Assembly: GCF_048593235.1 (NCBI RefSeq)
Contig: NC_133618.1
Location: forward strand, 434,166,947 to 434,230,946
Source: Sminthopsis crassicaudata
Taxonomy: Eukaryota
Length of the DNA stretch: 64,000 nt
Direction: 5' to 3'
The translations under genes and the position numbers were made by a program. Positions 51,408 to 62,832 of this stretch are shown piece after piece. A model generated the notes under the pieces. The model was not told the DNA's origin. It saw only the letters and a list, made by a program, of their open reading frames with translations, and did no database searches. Numbering within the stretch: the first letter of the stretch is position 1; each line of letters begins with the position of its first letter.

Positions 51408-52543
51408 TCAAACTAAAAAGTTTCTGTACAAACAATACTAATGCAAACAAGATTAGAAGGGAAGTAACAAATTGGGAAAATATTTTTACAGTTAAAGGTT
51501 CTGATAAAGGTCTCATTTCCAAAATATATAGAGAACTGACCCTAATTTATAAGAAATCAAACCATTCTCCAATTGATAAATGGTCAAAGGATATGAACAG
51601 ACAATTCTCAGATGATGAAATTGAAACTATATCCACTCATATGAAAGAGTGTTCCAAATCACTACTGATCAAAGAAATGCAAATTAAGACAACTCTGAGA
51701 TACCACTACACACCTGTCAGATTGGCTAAGATGACAAGAACAAATAATGATGAATGTTGGAGGGGATGTGGGAAAACTGGGACACTATTACATTGTTGGT
51801 GGAGTTGTGAAAGAATCCAACAATTCTGGAGAGCAATTTGGAACTATGCCCAAAAAGTTATCAAACTGTGCATACCCTTTGATCCAGCATTGCTGCTATT
51901 GGGCTTATATCCCAAAGAAATACTAAAGAGGGGAAAGGGACCTGTATGTGCCAAAATGTTTGTGGCAGTTCTTTTCATAATGGCTAGAAACTGGAAGATG
52001 AATGGATGTCCATCAATTGGAGAATGGTTGGTAAATTATGATATATGAAGATTATGGAATATTATTGCTCTGTAAGAAATGACCAGCAGGAGGAATACAG
52101 AGAGGTTTGGAAAGACTTACATCAACTGATGCTGAGTGAAATGAATAGAACCAGAAGATCTCTGTATACTTCAATGCTGTATGAAGATGTATTCTGATGG
52201 AAGTGGCTATCTTCAACATAAAGAAGATCCAACTCACTTCCAGTGGATCAATGATGGACAGAAACAACTACACCCAGAGAAGGGACACTGGGAAGTGACT
52301 GTAAATTGTTAGCACTATTGTCTATCTACCCAGGTTACTTATACCTTTGGAATCTAATACTTAACGTGCAACAAGAAAATTGGATTTACACACATATATT
52401 GTATCTAGGTTATACTGTAACACATGTAAAATGTATGGGATTGCCTGTCTTCTAGGAGAGGGAGTAGAGGGAGGGAGGGGATAATTTGGAAAAATGATTA
52501 CAAGGGATAATGTTATAAAAAAAAATTACTCATGCAAAAAAAA
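51408..52543 (+). mobile_element. Young 5'-truncated L1; ORF2 C-terminus open from the junction to about 52048, with the CCHC motif
   Basis: Perfect 15-bp TSD agaattagaatgtaa (51393-51407, 52544-52558). Translation includes CWRGCGKTGTLLHCWWSC. Confidence 0.97.
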
Positions 52544-54187
52544 AGAATTAGAATGTAAGCTTCTTAAGGATAGATATTATTTTGCTTGCTTATATTTATC
52601 AGTCAGCAAGCATTGAGTGTTACTACATTACCAAGTACTACAGAAGATACAAAGAAAGGCAAGAATATGTTTCTTGCTCTCATGGAATTAACATTCTAAT
52701 GGGAAAACAATATGTAAATAACGACTTAGATATAAAATATATACAGTGTAAATGGAAAATTATGTCAGAAGGAAATAAGTGGCAGATTAGGGAAGCCAGG
52801 AAAAGCCTCCTGCAGAAAGTAGGATCTGGGCTGAGTAATGAAGACAAAGAAGCTAGGATTTAGCACCAAGAGGAGGAAAAGAATAAAAACCATGGGAGAC
52901 AATCAGTAAAAATGCTATAGCTAGAAAACTAATGTAAAAATACACCAGAAATTAAATCACTAACTGTTCAGGATATTATGAAAGAAATTCATATATAGGT
53001 GAGGGTTATACAAGTTCAATTCAGCCATCTTACTAAGTATGAAATTCTGAGATCCTGTGACACTGAAATGCTTTTATTTTATTTCTTGACCAACAGGAAT
53101 TGGTTGATTAGATTAGCAATGAGTTATTTTCTTTGGATTTGTAAGGGAAAGTGACTTGAAAGTTTTTTGAAGCACCAAGGTATATAAAGAAGAGGTTTTA
53201 GTACAAGAACAAATAAGCAAATAAATAAGAAAATATTAAGCATTTACTATGTGCCAGACATTAGGTATATACCGTTCCTGCACTCAGGAAGCTTACATTC
53301 TATGGAAAAGACAAAGGATACATAAGCATAAATATTAGACAAAATAGGTAGAATGGAGCCTTTATTAAATTCTTATCATATGGCAGACACTGCATTAAGT
53401 GCTAGACCTCAAATTAGTTTCTGTGCATCAAGTATAATCCACCTACCATTCAAAGTCCAAAATGATTTTTCTAAAGAATAGATTTAATTATATAATTATC
53501 AAAACACAAACTCCAATATCTCTTTATTATCTGTAGGAACAACTATAATATTCTCCATTTGGCATTTAAATCACTTCACAATCTGGTTTCTTCCTTCATT
53601 TCTACTCTTATCTGTTATTGCTTTCTCTCCAAGGACTCTACAACCCAGTAATACCTTCTCAAAATTCCAAACATTTTTTTTTACTAGATGTCAATCAAAC
53701 CTAGAATTCTCTTCTTCCTTATTTCTATCTTCTGGCTTCCTTGGAGTGCTTCAGATTCTAAAAATCCCATTTTCTACAAGAAACTTTTCTTAATCTCAAC
53801 GCTAATATTTTTCCTCTGAGATTACCTCCCATTTACTGTACATATCTTGCAAGTAATAGCTGTTTGCATGTATTGCCCACCATTAGAATATAAGCTACTT
53901 GTATCCAGAATGCTTAGCACAGTGTCTGAAGAATCTAATAAATGCTTGTTACTGATTTTTGCTCTACTTTCTGCCCTAAGGGGCCAGGGAGAACAAGTAT
54001 AATCCCTCTTTCACAAGACAGTTTTCAAATTCCAAGGGCTGTCCAGTTTATTCAAACCTCCTCGAGATTAAATGTTCTCAGTTCTTTCAACTAATACTAA
54101 ATAGAAGATGACTTATATGGGAACTACTGGAAACTATCAACAGATAATTGGCATGGCTATCCTGCTCCTGTCACTTGTTCAATTACA

Positions 54188-54362
54188 ACAGAGGTGTCTA
54201 ATGCCTGGCAAATATCAAACTGGTCAGGGCCAGATTAAAATGCAATTGGGAAACATATTAACATTATCTACATTCTATTGTATTTTTATTTATTTTTGCC
54301 AAAAATTTTTCTGAGTTCACAAAGGCCAATTTAATGGTCTATTTCTGAGTTTGACACCACTA
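54188..54362. mobile_element. hAT-type MITE
   Basis: cagaggtgtc ... tttgacaccact imperfect terminal inverted repeats. Confidence 0.5.
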
Positions 54363-54787
54363 GAATAGAGTGTTATAACCAAGGTGTTCCAGAGCTTTCA
54401 GTTTCCTACCTCTTTTGAAAATTAATGGCCATACTGTGGTACATTAATGTAATAGATTACATTTTTACTGTAAGAACTGAATATGAAGAGTTTATAAGAG
54501 CAACAAAAAGAAATGAAACTTAACACTGTGAATTAATAGCCAAGTTTTTTCCCAAACAAAACATGAGAAAGTATACCTCATTGTTCTCTTCTTTCTGGAG
54601 GGTCAGAGGAAGGGATGGTGGATGATAGCTATGAAATACTGCATATACCATGTAACTAGACTGGCTAATTCTGTTAAACTGCTTTAGTACAAGAGATGGC
54701 TCTTTAGGTAGGAAAGGGATTTTTTGGAAATAAAACACTATAAAAACAAAAGCCATCAATAAAATAATTTTTTAAAAATACTAGGCA

Positions 54788-55331
54788 AAAAATGTTTGTG
54801 GCAGCCCTTTTTGTAGTGGCTAGAAACTGGAAAATGAATGGATGCCCATCAATTGGAGAATGGTTGGGTAAATTATGGTATATGAATGTTATGGAATATT
54901 ATTGTTCTGTAAATGACCAGCAGGATGATTTCAGAAAGACCTGGAGAGACTTACATGAACTGATGCTGAGTGAAATGAGCAGAACTAGGAGATCATTATA
55001 CACTTCAACAACAATACTGTATGAGGATGTACTCTGATGGAAGTGGATATCTTCAACAAAGAGAAGATCTAATTCAGATCCAGTTGATCAATGATGGACA
55101 GAACCAGCTACACCCAGAGACATATAGACATACATATATTTTATCTAGGATATACTATAACATATTTAACATATATGGGAATGCCTGCCATCTAGGGGAG
55201 GGAATGGAGGGAAGGAGGGGAAAATTCGGAACAGAAGGAAGTGCAAGGAATAATGTTATAAAAAATTATCCATGCATATGCACTGTCAAAAAAATGTTAT
55301 AATTATAAAATTAATAAAAAAATAAATTTAA
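54788..55331 (+). mobile_element. 5'-truncated L1 (copy A of tandem pair)
   Basis: ORF2 C-terminus (MFVAALFVVARNWKMNGCPSIGEWLGKLWY) and 3' UTR; TSD aaaaatactaggca. Confidence 0.95.
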
Positions 55332-55347
55332 AAAATACTAGGCAGAC

Positions 55348-55695
55348 ATCAATTGGAGAATGGTTGGGTAAACTGTGATATATGAATGTTATGGAATATA
55401 TTGTATATGTAATATGTGGAAGAAATGACCAGCAGGATGAATACAGAGAGGTTTGGAGAGACTTACATGAACTGATGCTAAGTGAAATGAGCAGAACTAG
55501 GAGATCATTATGCACTTCAACAATAATACTATGTAAGGATGTATTCTGATGGAAGTGGATATCTGGAGGGAAGGAAGGGAAAAATTGGAATAGAAGTGAA
55601 TGCAAGGGATAATATTGTTAAAAAATTACTCATGCATATGTACTGTCCCAAAAAAGTTATAATTATAAAATAAAATAAAAATTTATATAATAAAA
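55348..55695 (+). mobile_element. 5'-truncated, internally deleted L1 (copy B of tandem pair)
   Basis: Starts catcaattggagaatgg, ends in an A-rich tail; flanked by tactaggcaga on both sides. Confidence 0.9.
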
Positions 55696-56468
55696 AATTA
55701 CTAGGCAGAGAGATAATCCATCTTCATTATTAAGGACAATGAAAGGTAGTGGCTGAATTTCTTTCAACAGTTTTCTATTCCTTCAGTTAAGGGAAATATC
55801 ATATTCCAACCCATCATCAGAGATAGAAGTTGAAGGATGCCAGTGTCTAATATAGTACACAGAACAATGTTTACAGTGATGATCAAGTGATCTAGACAGG
55901 GTTAAATGATGTTTAGCACATTCAGTTTAGTTTGAAAAAGTAGGAAAGTATTAAAAGATTTCTGTCCAAAATGGTTAAAATAAAAAAGAAATTGGGAAGC
56001 TTAAGGGAACAAAATTTCAAGCAGATCGACAATTTGATTCTGTAAAACATCTTTTCCTAAATGTTCTAGAGAGCACCAACGCACCACCTGAGCCTTCTTT
56101 ATCATTATTTAAAATCATGGAGGCAGTAGAACAGAGAAGAAAAAGCACTGACACTAGAAATAAAAGTAATGGATTTCAAATCCTAGTTCTGCTACCGACA
56201 CTTATGACCATCAGCAACTCATTTATTAATGTCTTAGTCTTAGTTAATCTGTAAAAGAAGAATAATACTCAAAACTACGTTATCTCTCAGAACTTGTGAA
56301 GAAAATACTTTTAAAACCCTACAATAGAGATATAAATTATTATAATATGTGTCTTGGAAAATGAACATTAGTTTGCAAACAGTCTTATTTTGCACACCAG
56401 AAAAACACCAGATCCCTCTGTTACTCATAATGGCTCAAGACCAGACCTGTGATTTCACTGGTATAGAG

Positions 56469-56653
56469 CAGGGTTTCTTAAACTTTTCCCTATTCACAAT
56501 CACTTTTTACTCAAGAAATTTTACATGATACCAGGTATATGGGTATATAAAATAGTTATATAAACCAAATACTTGCTGATAAATCAATTTCATGACCCCT
56601 ACATTCAGTTATGTGACTCCATATAGGGTTACAAACCACAATTTAAGAATCTG
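56469..56653 (+). mobile_element. hAT/Charlie-type MITE, copy 1
   Basis: cagggtttcttaaact...tttaagaatctg TIRs at an NTATAGAN-like target. Confidence 0.75.
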
Positions 56654-56747
56654 GGATATAGAAAATTCCCATGTGAGGACATGGCCTCTGCCAATGCAAG
56701 TTGACATGGTCTCTTCTACCTACAGTCTTAAAGAGTATTGCTTTGGG

Positions 56748-56935
56748 TAAAGCTTCTTAAATTGTGAGTCATTACCCACATGGGGTCACATAACTGAATG
56801 TGGGAATTAGGAAATTATGATTTGTTATTAGTAAATATATGATTTTTATGTCTTTTTATATACTTATATACCCCAGGTCACATAAAAAACTTCTTGGGCA
56901 AAAAGGGGTAAGGGGAGAAACTTTAAGAAGCTCTG
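56748..56935 (-). mobile_element. hAT/Charlie-type MITE, copy 2 (inverted)
   Basis: Reverse complement aligns with copy 1 (cacattcagttatgtgac, cacaatttaagaa); degenerate 8-bp TSD gctttggg/gcttagag. Confidence 0.75.
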
Positions 56936-59868
56936 GCTTAGAGTAGTAATGAGAGGTTTAGCACCTCTCCCTAAGTTACATACAGGTAAGAAATAACTAT
57001 CTGGAACTTTTTGCTCTGAGGCACTCTATTCACTACTTTACATTTCTTTTCATTCATAAAATAGCTATAAATATGACGATTTCCATGAAGACTTATGATA
57101 CTATTATATACTAATAATTTTATCACATTCCATTCTCCTGCCACTTAAACAAGATGATAAAGCTGGATCTAGTTATCAAGTCCAAATGTCTCATTTTACA
57201 AATAAGGAAATGGAGGCCTTGAGAATAGATATAATTTAGCAGATGCTTAATAAATTATGTTGACTAGGTGTTGTCCAATTACATGCTGCCCAAGTACATG
57301 CTGAGCACGTGCATTTGAAAACTGAGCATGAAATTTGAAACAATGAAACATTTTGAAACCTGAACTTTTCAAATCCAGCGTTTCTTTTTTAGTATGTCAT
57401 ACTCCCTCTGAAATACTGTGTGTCAGGGAGATTTGAAAAGCAGTTATGCTCACCTTCCCTCCTTCCCCAGGTCTCAATTTCCTTATCTATAATAATTTAT
57501 CTTAACTACCTTGCCAGCTACAGAAGGCATTAACCACCTGAAAAACAGTTTCAAAGCAATACAAACATGAGATATAAACAAGGCCATACTCTTTATCCCA
57601 ACAATAAGTAGCCTATAGAGAAGAAAAGAAATAACATTCAGCAACTCATTCCCATCAGTTCACACAATTTAATCAAAAGTGATGCAAGGTTATGCTCTCT
57701 AGGCCATCAAAACAAAGGAAGTAATCAAGACATATTTTATCCTTAATTCTCAAGTGTTTAGGAACTTATAAGGTAATGTAAGAAGTATTTATAGCAATCT
57801 CACCTGGAAGTATGCACCCTAAGGGGAAATGTCAAGACAGAATTCACCCTCAGAAACCAGAAGGATTGGTATTGAGTCCTCTACACAGTATCTTATAATT
57901 CTACTTATCTGTCTCATCTTTCCAAACCATGTGTGTATGTACATAACTTGGGAGAGGCTGCTATCCCAATTATAATTTATGAGGCACAAGGACTCAAGAT
58001 GCTCTGTTGGTTTCCCACTGCTATGTGGACAGACTAAGACTCTGGAATACAAAACTAGATGTTTCATATATCAGCAAGTCCTACGGACAATGCCCATACA
58101 TCAAATGGTGATGCCAGCTCAAATTTGAAGTTCACTATGCCTATAAGGCAGATTACTGGATAAGGCTCCAAGGTCATTCATCTATACTGCCATCTCCTCA
58201 CTCTGAGCTCACTGCTCTTACCACTCACTACAGAATATTACACTAATTCCCACTACAGCATTTCACAGATGTATCCAATTGAACAAGCCAAATTCCCTTT
58301 CACCCAAATTTTTTCCCCCTTCATCTCCTTCAAAAATATTTCCTGTGATAAAATAAATGCCTTATACAACCTACTAAGATTTAGTGATGATGCATAATAA
58401 TGATCTAACAATGAAAAAAAAAAATGATCATTTTACCCAGGATTTCTGAATCTTTGCTATCAGAAAAACACTAACAATTACTTCAAATTGTATCATTTTT
58501 ACTTGTATAAATATTTTTATTTTAAATATTGACAAACAAGGCAAGGGAAAAGTCTGTTTAGATTTTGTGTTCTATTTTATCCTGCCTAAATAAAATATCT
58601 CGCCTACAGGCTCCAACAAACAAGTGACGACACAGACTTGGAAATAGCTTTGACTACAAACAAGAAAACATCAAACTTACAGAGACAAATGAAAATACAC
58701 AAAAATGTCTTTTAATGAACATTGAAAAAAATAGGCTTTTTTGAGTCAAGATATTATCTGCAATATATAGGAGAGTATGAATAAGGCCTAAACAGGCTTT
58801 TTTATAAAATCAGTATTAAACATAATACAGATTAGCACTGATAATGAAAGTGTTAAACAAAAAGGGTATTGAACTTAGTTAAGAAAAGACCTGGGTGCAA
58901 GTTATGATACATAGTAATTTTTCCCTCTAGTTTGTGTTTTTTTTTAATAATATTTTATTTTTCCATATACAAAGATAAATTTTCAACGTTCACCCTTGCA
59001 GAATCTTGTGTTCCAAATTTTCTCCCCTTTCTCTTGCCAAGAAAGCAAACAATCTGATATGGATTTAACTTCTATCACTTAATAATTGTAGTAAAGGTAA
59101 ATCATTTAAATGAATTTCCTTGTGCTTCAGTTTCTTCTTTTGTAAAATAGGGCTAATACTATTTGAACTATTTGCCCTGATTGGTGGAAATGAGAGAAGC
59201 ACTTTGTAAACTTTAAAAGACTGACAGAAATGTTAAATTATTCTTTGAAAGATTTAAGAACTGATCAAAGCAACCAACCACAACTACATTATTATAAACC
59301 ACTCACCTCTAAACAGAGAAGTGGTGGAGTCAGAGACATATTTGTTATAAAGGCTTTGTTTTCCTTTTTTTTAATGCAGGTAGGGAAAGGGGAAGGAGGC
59401 AATAAGCAAATTAAACACTTCTGGTGTGCCAAGCTCTGTGCTATGCATTTTAGAAATTTTATTTCATTTGATCCTCAAACCAATCCTGTGAGGTAGGTGC
59501 TACTAATTATTAATTATCCCCATTTTACAGTTGATGAAGCTGAGACAAAGATTTGTCCAGGGAAAAACTTCTAAGTGTTGGAAGTCAATTTTAAATTCAG
59601 GTTTTCCTGAATCTAGGCCTAGTACTCCACCCATTATAACACTTAGCTTTTCATCTGGGTAGAAACAAAAGGAATAAGATTTTTACTAATTGAAAAAAAT
59701 AAAATCTAATTTTAAAAAAATGTTCACTTATGTAAAATGAGCAAGGTCCTTGCGGCAAAACAAACAAGTAAAATTTGTCGATCAATAGTCACAAAACTAA
59801 AAAAATCCTCATTATTCAGTGAAAAAATATCAGTAGATTATAAACATTGGTTTAAAATATCAAGCTGA

Positions 59869-60024
59869 GGGGGCAGCTAGCTAGGTGGTGCAGTGGATAG
59901 AGCACCAGCCTTGAATTCAGGAGGACCTGAGTTCAAATCTAATCTCAGACACTTAACACTTCCTAGTTGTGTGACCTTGGGCAAGTCACTTAACCCCAGC
60001 CTCAAGGGGGAAAAATAATAAAAT
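59869..60024 (+). mobile_element. Young WSINE1-type SINE
   Basis: Perfect 15-bp TSD aaaatatcaagctga (59854-59868, 60025-60039). Confidence 0.95.
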
Positions 60025-60403
60025 AAAATATCAAGCTGACATTGAATAGTGATAAATTAAATTATATATTTGGATGAAAAAATAAACTATACAAGTACAG
60101 GAAGAGAGAAGTTAGATAATAGTTTACATAAGAGTTTTAGTGAAATACAAATTCAAATCAATGTTAGTTATATCAAATAGAAGTCACAAAAGCTGAAGCA
60201 ATCAGACTATGTTAATAAAAATCTTTATGCTTTTTGTTTCAGATTCCTTTGTGATCTGTGTAGCTTATGCACCCTTTCTAAAAATATTGTTTGGAAATGC
60301 ACAAAATAAAATACATGCTATTACAAAGGAAACCAATTACATTGATAGAGACAATATTTTTTGAAACATGTTTATAGATTCCTGTTAAGAATTCCTGGTT
60401 CAG

Positions 60404-60545
60404 AGGCAGCTAGGTGGTGCAGTGGATAGAGCACCATCCCTGAAGTCAGGAAGACCTCAGACACTTAATACTTCCTAACTATGTGATCCTGGGCAAGTCA
60501 CTTAACCCTAATTGCCTCAGTAAAAACAAAAAAACAAAAAAAAAA
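60404..60545 (+). mobile_element. WSINE1-type SINE (internally deleted)
   Basis: Head, core and A tail; degenerate TSD aattcct[g/a]gt[t/c]caga. Confidence 0.88.
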
Positions 60546-61073
60546 ATTCCTAGTCCAGACCAAGGGAGAGCATAATCCCAATGTCTTCTGCTATAGTCTG
60601 TCTATATCTGGAGTATTTTGTTAAATTTTAGGCATTACACTTTATGAAACCATAGTATGGGTCTTCTGATTCTTTAAGGCTCCATGAACTAGAAGGCAGA
60701 TAAAATAACCTAAAAGAAATTCTACTGATAACCAATGTAAACTATTTCTGAACCTATTATATGTCTAGTTATTACCATAGTGTAGCACACTTCAAAATCA
60801 GTAAGATTCAAGTTTAATTTCAAACTCCAATTCTTACAATGATTATGTAGATGCTAGTTTCTCTGAACCTCTGTCTCTTCCTCTGTTAAAATGAGGGTAA
60901 TAGCTTACAATTCCTACCTCATAAAATTAATGTAAACAAAGTATATGGTACAGAAATAGAAATGGTTATCATAGTACAATAGTACAATTAATTATCTCTT
61001 CCTAAGGGAGAAATCAGCAAATATTGTAGCATCCAAACTAAAAAAGCCTCCTGCTTTCCAAATGACAACATAC

Positions 61074-61161
61074 GTGTAATTTTTCTTTTGGTTGCACACT
61101 TTGCTCTATCCGACTGCTGCATTGTCCTTGTCCTCCGTAATCCATTCTCTTCCCCAGGTTC
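61074..61161 (-). CDS. UIMC1: UIMC1 exon (human exon 3 equivalent), EPGEENGLRRTRTMQQSDRAKCATKRKIT(Q)
   Basis: ttgcaacag|GAACCT ... ATTACAC|gtatgt, 88 nt. Resembles human EPKEENGLQKTKTKQSNRAKCLAKRKIAQ. Confidence 0.95.
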
Positions 61162-62714
61162 CTGTTGCAAGCAAAAAATAGAATCAGTTTAAAAACAAAA
61201 CACGCTTTCCCTTGCTTTCTCTGGGACTGAAATTCTGTAATAAAGAGTAACAGGTCCCTGACCTGAAAAGAAAAAATTATTTTTGGAAAATGGTGATTTA
61301 AAACCTGAAGAATAACAAAAAGCCTTTCATTCTAACAGCATTGTACTATCAGTGATGTTTCAAGGAGCCATGATCTCCTCATTCTATCAGGGTGAGCACT
61401 CCTTCCTTTAGTATAGCCAGCGACCCATCCATTCCCTCTTTTCATCCTACGTTTCATATTCACTGAATTTTAGAAATTCTCAGATTTACCCAAGACTGAA
61501 AGCATTTCAGTGATATACATCTATTATCATTATTTCAAAGATACTAGTGTAACATTTAGGTGGTCAATCTGTTCTCTCTCACTCTTCACTTAAGCACCTT
61601 TTATGTCAGGCACAGTGCTAAGGTTAGGAGATATAATAAGAGGCAAAAGATAGTCCCTGTCCCCAAGGAGCTCACAATCTAATAGAGAGGACAACATGCA
61701 AATATATACAAAGCAAGCTATGTACAGGATAAATAGGAAATAATTAATAGGAGTGTACTAGATTTAAGCTGGGATGAGCTGAAACTTGAAGTCAGGGAGA
61801 TCAGTAATTGGAGTGGTACAGAAAGGTAGCTAGAGAAAATGCCCAGAATCTAGAAATGGAGTATATTGTAAGAGAAATGGCCAGGAATGCAGTGAAAGAA
61901 GAGTGAAAGGCAGGAGGAAAATAGATTATGAAAGACTAAGTGCCAAGCAGACTATTTTGTATTTGATACAATAGGGAACCACTGGAGTTGGGGGGAGGCA
62001 AGCACACATGATCAGGCCTATATTTAGGAAAATCACTTTAGAGACTGAAGGGGGAATGGACTAGAGTAGGAGAGAGACTTGAGTTAGGCAGATCCCACCA
62101 ACAAGTTACTGAAATAATCCAGGTGTGAGATGGCAAAGGTCTCCATTAGACTTTCGATGACTCTTGCTATATGACTAGCCTGCCTTATTTTCCTATCATA
62201 CATATCCCTTATGAAGTCTCTTAAACCATTTCCCAAGCAATACATTTTTCCATGATCACAAGCTGCTGTTGCCGAAGTCCACCCTCCCTAACATTAATTC
62301 TCCCAAAGATGAAATATAAATAAATATAAATCATGGAACACTATCATCTCAGAAGAATCACAACTATATGTAACCCAAAGTACAACAGAAAGAATATATG
62401 CAATAACTTTTATTCAGAGAAACAGAGACAACCTCCAAATGAAGAAAACTGCCTATCCAGCAGTCTCCATAACTTAAAGAGTTCCCTAAAGCACTGAGAA
62501 GATAACTAACTTGCCTTGGATTACAAAGTCAGTATATGTCAGAAGTTCAAATCTTATAGGTTTGATACCAGCTCTTTATCTACTATACCATATTGGAAAT
62601 CTTAACTATATAAAAATATTATTAACAATAGCTATCAATATAAGGGAAAAAAATTTATCAAAAAGTACACACACAAAACCTTTTGCAGACAGAATCTGCC
62701 CAAATACGAGAATT

Positions 62715-62832
62715 TAGGGGCAGCTAGATGGCATAGTGGATCTAGAGCACCTGTTCCAAAGTCAATGTCAGACATGTTATACTTCCTAGCTATCATTTTA
62801 ACCCCAAGCACTTCCACAAAAGAAAAAAAAAT
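62715..62832 (+). mobile_element. Degenerate WSINE1-type SINE
   Basis: ggggcagctagatggcatagtgga head and A tail. Confidence 0.7.

Larger units (their letters stand above)
23309..61161 (-). other. UIMC1: UIMC1/RAP80 partial gene model: 7 coding exons; gene extends beyond both window ends
   Basis: Seven segments with AG/GT boundaries join in one frame (phases 0-1-0-0-2-1-0-1), in the order of human RAP80: pre-UIM linker, UIM1-UIM2, Abraxas-interacting region, ZnF1. Confidence 0.97.

Noticed and set aside
1689-55695. Excess of L1 and LTR copies antisense to the gene
   Set aside because: Well-known intronic orientation bias, not novel.
1178-62832. tRNA-like heads with A/B boxes
   Set aside because: All belong to CORE-SINEs; no true tRNA, rRNA, snoRNA, CRISPR array or mitochondrial insert was recognised.
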